From assembly GCA_010356995.1 (NCBI GenBank), contig ML996692.1, positions 507,933 through 571,932 on the forward strand: DNA of 64,000 nt, in the 5' to 3' direction. Below are positions 1 through 11,748 of this stretch, one piece after another; position 1 is the stretch's first letter, and each line of letters starts with the position of its first letter. Under the pieces are notes generated by a model. That model ran no database searches and had not been told where the DNA came from. It saw only the letters and a program-made list of their open reading frames with translations. The translations under genes were made by a program, and so were the position numbers. The stretch is from Trichodelitschia bisporula. Its lineage: Eukaryota.

Positions 1-176
1 TACCCCGCGCTTGAAATGGACACCACCCCGGCCACGGTACACTACGGTAGAGACAACTGATAAGGATTCGGCACCCTTGGCTCCCGACGCTGGCCCCGCC
101 GGCAGACCTCGTTAGTATTAGAACCCCGCCCTCCGACTGGCTACGGCTCAATCGGATCACCAATTCGCAGCGTCAT
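1..176 (-). CDS. Possible 5' end of an unidentified gene running off the left edge of the window
   Basis: ATG at 176 on the minus strand, a possible GTGATC donor and a perfect TACTAAC branch point followed by GCCAG. The spliced frame MTLRIASGAKGAESLSVVSTVVYRGRGGVHFKRGV stays open to the window edge. No family recognised. Confidence 0.3.
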
Positions 177-666
177 TTGGAAGTGTCAACCGTTATTTTC
201 GTAACAATAAATTTGTGAGCCGAAAAATCAGCAATTGCGGCGGAAGGAGATGTTGGCAAGTGGTCGAGAACTGAAGTCGTCGGAAGCCGTTGCAATGGTT
301 GGTGGATCCAGAATCACCCCATACTACTTCTCAAACGGCCACCTTGTGCTCTCGCTTCCTTCCTGCTGATGCCAATGTGTCCCAGTCCGTACGCATCCAC
401 TTCGATATGCTAACCTTAAGCAAAGAACGAACTCATGAGCACTCATCCAGATGTCAGCAAAATAAGCGGCCAGTTGATAACGCCAGAGTGTACCCGAATG
501 AAAAGTCCCAATTTATCTAGCCGCAAACAAAAGTCCACTCGCTAGTCGTGCCTCATGACTTTCCCGAAACCCAATCCATGCGGGGAAACCGTGTGAATTG
601 CCCAAAACGGCCTACTGATACAAAAGGGTACAGCAAATTCCACATTCTTGTCGACCCGTAATCCCT

Positions 667-1253
667 TTACTTGTATGCCGCCTGGTCTGGGGCGCCGGGG
701 GGAGGCGGAGCGCCGCCACCGCCGTAACCGGGCATCGGAATCTGGTCGCCATGTCCGCCCGTGACGTCCGGCCGGTACCTACAGAGCGTCAGCGCATCAA
801 TGAAATCCTGCCGACGTAGCCACATACTTGATGTCCTGCCAGAAGTTACAGATGGGGCACCCCACTTCTTTCCACGGCTTCAGGGAGAAGGGGATGAGCG
901 GCTAGTCAATGTGATCAGTGTTTATCGCAGCCATCACCTAAAGATGCCATACCACAAAGCAGAAGGTGAACCATTCCCTGCGCCATGTCAGTCGACCGGT
1001 CCTCATGTAACGCAGCAACCGCACACTCACCACCGCTTGTAAACGTGGGCGCTGATGTTGCCGCAGTTCTGGCACTGCACAGTGACATTTTCATACCCCT
1101 TCAGAGCAGAGGTAAAGGCTGCGGCAGTTAGAGGTCAAGTTGCGCGACCACTGGCTTCTGACGTACTGTGTGTTCCTAGCGACGCGCATTAGCTTGCTAC
1201 CTCACCACTGTGACATCATAACGCAGCTTACCACAAGTGAAGAAGAAGAACAT
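667..1253 (-). CDS. Small zinc-ribbon-domain protein (zinc_ribbon_15-like), 6 exons
   Basis: Manual splicing of 5 GT-AG introns gives MFFFFTCGTHTFTSALKGYENVTVQCQNCGNISAHVYKRWEWFTFCFVPLIPFSLKPWKEVGCPICNFWQDI...YRPDV...AAYK*. It has two CxxC pairs flanking WFTFCFxPxIP and a 9-nt microexon at 1167-1175. Not captured by the ORF track. Confidence 0.85.
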
Positions 1254-2198
1254 CTTGAAGGGACAGCACCGCAGATACTGTTCAGGTGAAGAGGGGTTTG
1301 AGAGCGGTAGATGGGGTTGATGAGAAGGTGGAGAGCGGGATTCAGTGCGGAGAGTGTACGATGTAACGCAAGTGAATTGCGCGGCAGTCGCGAGAATGCA
1401 ATGAAAGGCCAACCAACCAAGCCCAGCCAGCCAATGCGAAGGCCATCCAGCCCTGCCTGGCCGACAGCAATTGGGGCGCATGCAGCTTGGCTAGACCCTT
1501 GGCGTACGTGGCTGCTCATGAGCGAGAGCTGAATGGCAGAAAGTCATTGCCCCTCTCTCCAACAACTTGGCTAGGATGGATAGCAAGCACCTTTTAACCC
1601 CCCAAATAGTCTTTGCGGCGTATGCGTGTAGCACACACGTTCAAGGCTATGAAACACTCCTCCTGGTTACAACGTCCTCATGCCTAGTTCTAGTCCCAGA
1701 GTCATCAACCCCGTCTCAAGCGCAGTTGGGCAAAATCCAGAGGCACGATTTGACGCTCAAACGTGCATACCACGGCGGTCACGCGAGCCTGTGAGCAACG
1801 TCGGCCCAAGAGCCTCCCGTTCACGACTTCCGATGGAGTGGAAGTACATCGTAAACCGTAGACCATATGCGCACGCCAACATGGGAATCAATCAGTTTGT
1901 ATTATTATACATCAACTCCGCAGCATATATGTGTCCTACACGCAAAAGAAATTCAATGCAAGGTCCCACAGCTCCTGCTCATGTCGCATGATATGCAGTC
2001 CACATTACTCGTTTCGATCAAGAATACAGAAGAAACGAAGCGCATGCTAAATCTACACCGAATCAAATGTTGAACAATCGGCTTCTTGAGGGCATGGACA
2101 TCATCCGAAGACTCCGTCGTCAGAAAGGCGGGCAACACCCTCAAAACAGCTCATCATCACCTAGAGGTGATAGCAAGCGCCGGATCCACGCGTGAGGA

Positions 2199-2656
2199 TT
2201 ACTGAGTCTTGAACAGTAATATGGCGCAGTGACCGAGGTAGAAGTAGATGAAGTGCTTGGTTTCGTGCGTGACAAAGCTGCCGAAGTTGCGGCCGACAAT
2301 ACAATGCCAGGTGGCACCCTTACGCGTGTCGAACTGCATAAGAGGTCAATATCAACGGGATATATCAGCAAGAAATAGCAAACCTCTTTCTTGATGAACT
2401 GAGCAATGTCCTTCTCGATGTTGAACTTGCCCATGGCCTCTTGCGCTAGGGGAAGCATCAGCGACGTGACTATCAACAACAACATACGCAAAATACATAC
2501 CGACTTCGACAGCCTCGGCCTGCATCTCTTCCGTCATATCTACCGCTTTGATTTGGGCTATTAGAATATTAGCATGTAATACTTTTGGGTACACTCAGAT
2601 CACGATATCTTACCCTCGAGTTTGTCGGCCTCCTTCATAGGAGTATCTGCCGGCAT
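2199..2656 (-). CDS. DYN2: Cytoplasmic dynein light chain LC8 (DLC1/NudG), 4 exons
   Basis: Spliced product [98 protein letters not shown] carries the LC8 signature [16 protein letters not shown]. Confidence 0.97.
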
Positions 2657-2952
2657 TTTGAAAGTCGGATGTTATTGAAATTCGGGGGGGTGGGGGTGGA
2701 CTGCGATGTACACCAAAGTTGCCAGGCAGCTGTTTGTCAAAAGGAGAGAGACCTGGATTATGCGCAAAGAAGAGGAGAGAAGGGAGGTCAGTGGTTGCTT
2801 AAGATCTGCAGCCAACCCGTGAGCTTTTCTTCTCCTTTCGAGGACTCCCAGGGAAGGTGCCGCACCGTGTGCCTGGCGCTCTCCCAGGCGGGGCAAGCCA
2901 GGTGTGAACGGAGCTCCTTATCCTTGCAGGCTTGGCAGCAGGGCGGGACTCC

Positions 2953-2966
2953 AAAAAAATTTGATG
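2953..2966 (+). promoter_or_regulatory. RRPE-like element upstream of ribosome-biogenesis gene MRD1
   Basis: AAAAAAATTTGATG about 65 nt upstream of the MRD1 ATG resembles the AAAAWTTTT RRPE motif. It lies in the 373-bp divergent DYN2/MRD1 promoter. Confidence 0.35.
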
Positions 2967-3029
2967 CAACCTTTTGCAAACCCATCACATCCCAAATTCC
3001 CCAATCTGTCTCCTGCCTAAGTCATCAGG

Positions 3030-5765
3030 ATGGAGTCTTCCCGCATCTTCGTACGCAATCTGCCGCTGAGCATGAAAGAGGATGAGTTCAAGACTCACTT
3101 TGCTCAACAAGCCCCCATCACCGACGCAAAATTCATCGGACACAGGCGGATAGGATATATCGGCTACCGCACTCCCGAAGATGCTTCCAAAGCCGTGAAG
3201 TTCTTCAACAAGTCCTTCATTCGCATGTCCAGGATTGGCGTTGAGCTAGCTCGACCTGTAAGGTCTTCCTACCTTTCTATTGCCCGGGGGGAAACTGTTG
3301 CTAACACCCGCAGGTAGCCGACGGCTCCTTGAACACGAAGAAGCACGAACATGAAAAGGCCCAGATCCAGCAGCGATCTAAATCTGGAGCTGCATGTGTG
3401 GCAGAAAGCCCTCCGAATCCCTTGAAGCGCAAGCGGAATGTTGCCACAGAAGAACAGGACCCCCAACTTAAGGAGTATCTTGGTGTCATGCAAGCCCCCT
3501 CTAAGTCCAAAACATGGGCCAACGACATGATGGATGGCATAGATGAGGTTCAATCCACCACTGTACCGCTGGTACTCTCGGCCGAGGCCGGACCTGAAAG
3601 TGACGACGAGTACCAGACCGTGCCGAAGAAAGCGAAGCGGGCTGTCTCTGATGGAGAGGAAGAGGTCCCAGCGCAGTTGGCTGTACCGCAAAGAACCGAA
3701 ACTGCGGGAAACCGGGAACAGGCTACAGTAGAACAGCGGAAGCCGACTGATGAGACTGACGATGACTGGCTTCGGTCACGAACGAGCAGACTGCTCGATC
3801 TTGTGGACGAGGACGGTGAGCTGCCCGTGAGGGGTAAGCCTCTTGCTGAGCAATCTAATGAGTCTGCCGGGCCGATTGCCCAGACTGTGCAACCAGAAAC
3901 CGAAGCCGAAGAGGCGTCCGCCCCCACCAATGCCGATGAGGAGAAAATACGCGGCACTGCACGACTTTTCCTGCGTAACCTGCCGTATTCCGTTTCGGAA
4001 GATGACTTACGGGACAGGTTCTGCCTTTTTGGACAAGTTGAAGAGGTAGGAAGCTTCTTTCATTTATTCCCATACTTTCGTGATGAGCCCTGATAGGGAC
4101 AACTTATGCTTCGCAGTTGATGTTACCCAGGGAGAAAATTTTAGTAGATGCTTCTCATGTTCTGAATCCTATTTCACCATTCTGTCTTGCAGCTATCATG
4201 GATTTTCCACCACTGACATTGGATTAGGTTCACGTCCCCTTGGACAGCACTGGCAAGGCGAAGGGCTTTGCGTACATCCAGTTTGTTAGCGCCGAGCACG
4301 CCGTAGAGGCCTTCAACAGCATGGACGGCACCATATTCCAGGGCAGATTGCTCCACATACTGCCAGCAACGAAGAGGCGGGAAAACAAGCTCGACGAGTT
4401 TGAAGTTTCTAAACTGCCTGTTAAAGCGCAAAAGCAAATACGGCGCAAAGCTGAAGCGGCGTCATCGACATTCAACTGGAATGCCCTGTATATGAATGTG
4501 AGTTAATGGTGCCCTAAGACGGGCCGTACTAATGCAAGCAGGCCGATGCCGTCATGTCCTCAATATCATCTCGTCTCGGCATCGACAAATCGGAGCTGCT
4601 AGATGCAACGTCCTCGGATGCCGCCGTGAAGCAAGCCCTGGCCGAAACCCACATTATTCAAGAGTCGAAGAACTACTTTGCTGAGAATGGTGTAGATCTC
4701 GAAGCCTTCAAGGCCAAAAAGCGGGGCGACACGGCCATCCTGATAAAGAACTTCCCCTTTGGTACGACTCCCGACGAATTGAGGAAACTATTTGAGGAAC
4801 ATGGCACAATCACGCGGTTCTTGATGCCCCCAACGGGTACGATTGCCATTGTGGAGTTTGCTCAAGCACCTCAGGCGCGGTCTGCATTCAAGTCCTTGGC
4901 CTACCGTAAAATCAAAGACTCAATCCTCTTCCTTGAACCGGCGCCGAAGGACCTGTTCAGTGGCGCTCCCAAACCACAGGCTGTCGCTCCCCAAATTGAA
5001 TCAAGAACCGTGGCGCCCAAGCTGTCCACTACCGAGCTGCTGCAGCCCGAAGAAGAGGCTGCAGTCATCAATACGAGCACCCTCTTTGTCCGCAATCTCA
5101 ATTTCACCACCACAACCGACCGTCTCAAGGAGGTATTCTCACCGCTTGATGGGTTCCTGTCCGCTCAAGTCAAAACGAAGAAGGATGCGAAGAAGCCCGG
5201 TCAGATACTCAGCATGGGCTTTGGCTTCCTCGAATTCCGTACGAAGCAGCAAGCCCAAGCTGCCCTCGCTGCCATGGACGGCTGCGTTCTGGAAGGTCAC
5301 AAATTGGAAATCCGGGCGTCGCAAAAGGCTCTGGATGCGGCGGAGGAGCGCCGCAAGGACGACAAGGCTAAAGCCTCAGCTCGCCAAGGCACTAAGATCA
5401 TCATCAAAAATTTGCCCTTTGAGGCTTCAAAGAAGGAAGTCCGTGCGCTCTTCGGCGAATTCGGGCAACTTCGGTCGGTCAGAGTGCCGAAGAAGTTTGA
5501 CAGCTCAACCAGAGGCTTTGCTTTTGCAGAGTTTACGACTCCGCGTGAAGCTGCCAATGCAGTGGATGCACTCCGGAATACGCATTTGCTCGGTCGCAAA
5601 CTCGTGTTGGAGTTCGCTGCCACCGAGCCGGAAGACGCCGAAGCTGTCATCGAACAAATGCAGAAGAAGGTTGGCTCCCAGACTAACAAAATCATGGCGC
5701 AGAAACTCATGGGCACGGGCCGAAAGAAATTTAACGTTGCAGGAGATGGGCAGGAAGAAACATAG
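3030..5765 (+). CDS. MRD1: Multiple RNA-binding domain protein 1 (RBM19 ortholog; pre-rRNA processing), 4 exons
   Basis: N-terminus MESSRIFVRNLP and five RRMs (e.g. RLFLRNLPY, KGFAYIQF, TLFVRNLNF, SMGFGFLEF, KIIIKNLPF, RGFAFAEF), plus FNWNALYMN and HLLGRKLVLEFA. Introns at ~3258-3313, 4046-4227 and 4498-4541. Confidence 0.96.
4080..4165 (+). ncRNA. snR64: Intronic box C/D snoRNA, snR64/SNORD74-like (predicted guide for 25S Cm2337-equivalent)
   Basis: Lies inside the 182-nt MRD1 intron 2. Box C GTGATGA (4080-4086), guide GATAGGGACA (4092-4101) complementary to 25S ...UGUCCCUAUC..., degenerate D' CTTA (4103-4106), small TGC-TTC-GCA stem, C' TTGATGT (4117-4123), extra element TTTTAGTAGAT (4139-4149) and box D CTGA (4162-4165). 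Both antisense elements match yeast snR64 as recalled from memory. Confidence 0.85.
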
Positions 5766-6492
5766 TTGCAAGGGCGAAATCGAAAGTTCCGAGGTGGTTC
5801 TTGGCTCCTTGCTTCACCCTTTGTCGTTCATCCCCCGTGCGCGCTCCCTCAGTATTCAAGCAGGATTTCCGCTCTAAGGACCGATTCCTCGGCATGCAGA
5901 ATCCCTCCGCCAGGGATATCTTCACACCTCCTACGACACAAACCTCACATGCTCTCTCTCATCTGTCCCACGGTCGTCCTCCTTGAACATCCTCCCAGCA
6001 TTCCATATGTTCAAGGGAAGACAACCATTTGATTGCAAAATTCTCAACTTCACCCACCTTGAATTAAACAGTTTTTCTCGCTAGCGACCAATCTTTGCAC
6101 ATCTTGTAGTCGAGATGGCTAGGCCGGGCGCCCTTGCATGTAGAGCCTGAGTTCGAGGTCTTTGTAAGTACCACAGCTAGCATCAATGCGAACGATTATC
6201 ATGTGCTACTTCTCCGCAGTGGTGATGGTGTGTGGCTGAGTCCTGTTCCATGCCCTTGATACCGGCTTCATGTCCCAAGGAACGACCCTCCTACCTCGCC
6301 CTTCATACCATGATACATTGGTATAAACACTTCAGCATTCCCCAGGCCCACATTTCTCTCCCGGCCATTCCTTTCCTTTGAGTCCAACTCTTCTACGTTC
6401 CTTTCTCGCTTTACTCTGCGCGCATTGCGTTCCCTCCTCGAAAAATGCACATTCTCAGTCCAACCCCGCCTTCTTCTTCCGATCCACGAGCA

Positions 6493-8431
6493 ATGGATCA
6501 TCGCGTCCTGCCATCCAACGACCCCTCTCTGCCCGACCACCTCACTCTCCCCACCTCTGGCGTTCCGCAGCGCGTACTTCAGGAACGCAGTGGCAACCGG
6601 CAGGATGAGCTCGCACACAGCGAGCACCACATCAGAGAGATGAAGCAGTCTTCACACTCGTCCGAGAATGAGATCACATCCCATACCCGCCGGTCCACCA
6701 ACCCATTCTCGTTGCGTCATCGCAGCGAGGCTGACATTCTCGAAGAGACAAACCGCCTCTACAATGCTTGCATGGAAGTGCCAGAGTTCCGCGAGTATCG
6801 CCAGGGTCAGCAGTGCCGCCAGCGGGGGAGCAAGCAGCAAATATGGCCGGATAGGGTCGAGCTGGCGTTTATGCGAGGTATGCTCTTTCACCCAGCGTAG
6901 CAGAGGTCGGAGCCTGACGACAGCCAACAGCAATTGTCATCTATCCGCCCATCGGGAAGGGCAAGGTCCTCCTCCCTTTCGATGACAAGGGCCTAGGCCG
7001 CAACGAGCTCATCGCGGACGCCATCAAGAAATATTGCGGCGTAGATCGAAACCGCAAGCAAATCTCCAGCCATCTGCAAGTGTTGAAGACTAAGTTCAAA
7101 GACAACCAATACGGTTCGTTCTCCACTCGTCCTACGTCCCTCTCCTAACAGCCTCAGTGCTCTCCCGCCTCGGCAACCCCAATGAACGCTACTTCCGCAA
7201 AACCAAGCACCGCGCCTCAGGCGGGCGCTCCCGGCGCCCCATTCCTTCTTCCCCTCCCATCACCCCATCAGCGCCCCTCTACACCCCCTCCGACTTCCAA
7301 ATGTTCATCACCGACGCTTCGCACCCCGCAGACGCCCAGATAATCCACTACTTCACCTCCTTCCGCCCCTCCCCCCGCCAACCCGACCTCCACCTCCCCT
7401 CAAGCGCCCACCTCCCTTCCCTCCTCCCGCACCTCAGCCCCAACCTCACCACCCCCCCACCCCCCACCGCCCAAGTACTCTTCGCCCACGCCTCCCTCTC
7501 CCTCCCCCCCTTCCCCCTCCCTAAAGGCTCCACCTCCCTAGGCATCCAATTCGAGCTCGCACCCCACCCCTCCCTCTCCTCCTACACCGATTTCCGCGCC
7601 ACAGCCCGCTTCTCCCAAAACGGCCACCCGGAGCAGGATATCATGGCCCGCGTCGACCGCAACCCCAAACAACCCTCCCGCCTCGTCAACATCCACTTCG
7701 GGTCCGACTTCTGGGCTCGCCGCTTCATGGCCCGGGCAATGGGTCTCGCGGGCCGCCTTGCGTGCCGCGCCGATGGCGCCGCTCAGGCGCTGCACGAGGC
7801 TGTGGCTGCGCTTGGGGCGGTGCAGTGCCTCGAGGGCTTGCGCGACGGGGTGTGGGAGACGCTGTTGCTTGTGTACTGGCGCTTCGAGCTTGCGGAACCG
7901 GGGCGGAAGGGCGAGGCGAGCTGGCGGGGCGTGGTGTTCCGGGACAGCGGGGCGGCGGGTGCGGGGGCTGAGGGGGATAAACTGGAGCTCGATGAGTTGC
8001 CGGAGGGGTTTGAGTGTGAGCCTGGGGCGCAGTTTGCGGAGCTTAATTTTGATCCTGGGTTGGATGTTGTGGGCTTGGGGTTGCCGGGTGGGGAGGGGTT
8101 GTACGGGGTTGATATCCAGGGCGGGGATATGCAGTTGTATGATATGGAGCAGACGGGGTTGGAGGGTGGGGTGGAGTTGGATGGGTTTCCGGCGGGGGCG
8201 GAGGGGGGGGCTGAGGGGTATGATGGGCCATGGCAGGGGGGGTATGCGGCGCCGTATTTTGATACGGGACCTGTGGCAATGGAGCCGACGGGCGATGTAG
8301 GATTTGGGGAAGGGGGGAGTCAGCATCATCATGCTTTTGGCGGGGACGATCAGGGTTGTCATACCGGCGGGGAGATGCCGCAGGAGTTTATGGGGCAAAC
8401 TCTGCCGGGACTTGAGATGTCACAGGCATAG
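6493..8431 (+). CDS. TEA/ATTS-domain transcription factor (AbaA/Tec1 family), 3 exons
   Basis: TEA domain across intron 1: IWPDRVELAFMR|AIVIYPPIGKGK...GRNELIADAIKKYCGVDRNRKQISSHLQVLK. Introns 6878-6930 and 7114-7157. Acidic/Gly-rich C-terminus. TATAAA at 6322-6327. An upstream in-frame ATG at 6445 is also possible. Confidence 0.88.
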
Positions 8432-8662
8432 GCGCTAGAGATACCTCTTTTGTATTGTTTCTGGGAGGATTGTAGGACTAGGGATTGGAGCTACATTAAT
8501 ACAGTAATCGAGAGACTCGAAATCTTGTTCGCTTTGATGCAGAGGCCCGTCCTTATTCCAACGCTTCGTTCCGTAGCCATCCAATCATCTCTGTTTTACT
8601 CAAACCAGATGATATGGGAAAGCAGCTCGACCGTCATCGAGAAAGCCACCCTATGCGTGAAC

Positions 8663-10071
8663 TTAAATGAGAGGAGGCATGCCTTCACGCGCCATCCGCT
8701 CTTCGAGATCCTTCATGTACTTTTCGAGAAAGTCAAGGCACAACTTCGCACACGCTTCTTTGGCGGCCTTCTGGCCGTAGACATGACGGACAAGACCAAC
8801 CGGTCGGTCACCGTTGATCCAGTCGGTTTGCAGAAAGTAAGCACCACCGGAGTAGATGTGCCCATTCTCGGCAGTCATCTTAAACACCGGAGGGGGGATG
8901 CCACACTTCTGGCAGAAAGCTTCGTACACTCAGTTACACAATGTAAAGGCTGGGGGAGGGTTCTTGACTTACCTCTAAGCCTCTCCACACTAGTCCCGCT
9001 ATGAGGTACGACTCGAGAGATATAGACATTGTCATTGACAGGTGGTTTTGACTTTTTCGAGACATAATCGTCTCCCACATGACCTTGTTCCTTCAGCCAC
9101 ATCAGAGCCAGACGCGCTGCGTTCTGTCGAGCCTCCTTCTTCGTCTTGAACGGCTCCGTTTTGTCCCCAAATAAATCAGGAAAGTTACTGGCCCGGACTT
9201 CGGATGAGAATCTAGGACCGACGTTGTAATCCTGCCACACGGGGAGCGGGGCTCTGCTGGCCTGGCAGTACTCTAAACCTCTGTTAACTTCTGGGCATTT
9301 GGGGTATATCCCTCGTGTACATATGTACTTACCGACCAGTTTGCCCATCCAGTTCATGGTATCGGTGTTCTCAGACGAGCATGGTGATCCAGGATCATCT
9401 ACGATGCCTAGAGCTTCGAGTCCAATCTTCGCAACCGCCTCCTTGGCTTCCTTCTTGTTCTTCGCCAGTCCACCTGTGACTTCCCTCTCTCCTAACGTCA
9501 AGGAAGCTGTGAATCCGTCTCCTTGCGCTTCGAACTTGAAGTCTAGCGGCATTCCCTTCCTCTGTGCGATATGGTGCAATCTGACAACCGCCGACTCGTG
9601 TGCGATTTTCTTGAAGTAATCATTGGTCTCGGCCGGTGGCAAGCTCTTGAAGTATTCGACACCCTGCGTCGCAACTGCGCGCTTCGCATCCTTCTTGCCG
9701 CGGAACGGGCCAGGAGCGTTGAAGACCGTCCCCTCACCCAGCGTCAAGGACGCGCCGTAGACAACGCCCCCCAAAGCCGCATAGTCCACAGACCGCGTAG
9801 TTGTGTACTCAAAAACCGGGCGGATTCCACGACGATTCGTTATAGTAGTCAGCTCCGATACTGGATCCGCTGCACCTGGGGAGGCAGAGTCGCCGATCGG
9901 GATGGGCTCCGGGCCCTTGGGTTTATGAACCTCGTTGACGCTGACAGGAATGTCAGCTGACACATTGATAGATTTAGAAATGCGCTCGGCTTCCTTCTCC
10001 ACGAAGGTCTCGTACGCGTATTTCAAGCCTGGAATGCGGTGCTTAGCGGACGCATCGGTGGGGGTTGACAT
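8663..10071 (-). CDS. Protein with four tandem double-stranded RNA-binding motifs and no evident catalytic domain, 3 exons
   Basis: Four dsRBD-like units: DPVSELTT...KKDAKRAVA; SAVVRLHHIAQ...KKEAKEAVAKIGLEAL; NWMGKLVEYCQ...KKEARQNAARLAL; SVERLRAFCQK...QKAAKEACAKLCL. Introns 9273-9332 and 8920-8972. Confidence 0.85.
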
Positions 10072-11442
10072 GATGGTAGAGGAAGCGTTAAGAGTCAGTG
10101 GAGGCTGCTCTGCGCTTGAAGTGTCTGGGAACCGTCTGAGTTGGGCGTAAGAAGATACTGCAGAGGGTGGTGAAGTGGTTGCGGCAGAGTGGGGGTTGTG
10201 GGAGTGGGTGTGGTTTTCTAGGTGGGGTAGCTCGGAGCTGTGCGAGGACCACGAAGCTGGGCCCTCGAGTGGCTTCTTGGCTTTGGTGCGAAACGGCCGG
10301 CTAAAATGTACCCTCCTTCATGATGGGATGGAAGGTGTAGCAGTGCGTGGTGCAGAGTTGTTGTTGGAAGGGGGGGCGCGGAGGGGGGAAGGAGCGTAAC
10401 CTTAGTGGGGTTGACCGGAGATGGTTTTATGGGAATATATCTTGTTGGCCAGCCTCGCTCCGCCCCATAGCTGTTCCCCCGCATACCTATGCCTGCAGGC
10501 GCTAAGGCTAGAAGTATCTACAACATCAACTGTTCCAAGCATTCATATTTTGAGCATGTCTAGATGTATCGTGAGTTGATACGCTCACTGACTCATTCAG
10601 CAAGAAGTTCAATTCATCACTGTCAATCTGCGCAACCAAGCATGGACGGATCGGCTATGAATTGACCTCTAGGTCCAACGTCGACTCTGTCTCTCCTGAT
10701 GGCAAACAAACTCCTGACGGCCAAAAAGTAGATCAACCCGTCTTTCACCGCCATGACTTATTTCGGACGCGTGAGGGCTGTTTGCTGACAGTTACACCTG
10801 ATATCCTTTCCAACTCCGCGAAAATGAGGATTTAAACGTTACCAGTCACGACAGAACTTTCACCGTTGGGTTAACGGGCTGAGTTGGGAATTAGTATTAT
10901 TATTATCATCTAGACTACAGTATCTATGAAGCCACGCGCTGTGAAAGAATAAATGGTACAAGCCGCTTCCTGGTTATAGACTTACGGGTCCAGCTACATG
11001 TAAAACTTACAATATCTGGTATATTGTCAAACTGTTAAAACTGGGTTCCAGGCATGAATCGCGTGCTGTGGTTCATGGAGAGCCGTGCTCATAGGGGGGG
11101 GGGGGGGGGTGGCGTGGCCGGAGCCCCAGCGCTGGAATCCTAGACTTCTTGCGTCTGTTGACATTTGTGCAAAGTGGAAATGGTGCGCTGAGCCGCGGAT
11201 TGTGGATTTGAGTGCTCGCGGGGCCGGCTGAAGAGGGCAGAGTTGATCAAGCTTCCTGCGATGGCCGGCCGTAGTCAACTATCACCAATGCCGGATGAGT
11301 ATGCTAGCAGGGTAGTGGGGGGTTGTACGAATCCGAGGTTGAGACTGTTCATGTTATCGGGGGTTGTGTGAGTCGAAAGCGACAGTGTTCATGTCACGAG
11401 TAGCGGGGAAGGTGGGTTGTAAGAATGCGAAGGCAACGCTGC

Positions 11443-11748
11443 TCATGCTAGCAACGCTGCTCCTACCATACTAGGAACGTTCTTCATCGGCCTTGCGGCG
11501 CTCCTCTGTTGATTGGATTTCAGCTGATGCTGGTCGGTAAAAGCAGGGACCACTGTTGAGCCATCCGGAGTAGCTGTCGTAGACTCGTCATGCGTATCAG
11601 GCGGTATACCATTAGCTGGGGCGCTGGCCTTTCGCCAGGACTCCCTCAAGATTTTACGGATTTTACCCACGTGTGAGCCCTCAGACCGCCCCGGGGCACC
11701 AGAAGACGTAGCGGTCGGAGGCTGGGAGATTCCGAGAGGAAGTAGGGG
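11443..11748 (-). CDS. Candidate alternative terminal exon of the NAM8-like gene
   Basis: CCTAAC branch point, then CAACAG acceptor at 11749. The phase-0 frame PLLPLGISQPP...AALLA* (101 aa) is compatible with the phase-0 donor at 12744. Confidence 0.5.
   Translation of the reverse strand, partial: PLLPLGISQPPTATSSGAPGRSEGSHVGKIRKILRESWRKASAPANGIPPDTHDESTTATPDGSTVVPAFTDQHQLKSNQQRSAARPMKNVPSMVGAALLA

Noticed and set aside
4843..5877. 344-aa ORF overlapping MRD1 in another frame
   Set aside because: Arg/Ser-rich shadow frame of a GC-biased CDS; no domain recognised.
7538..8398. 286-aa antisense ORF to the TEA gene
   Set aside because: Explained by the extreme G skew, which depletes antisense stop codons.
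11093..11109. Long G homopolymer
   Set aside because: Simple repeat, consistent with the local skew; no further structure.
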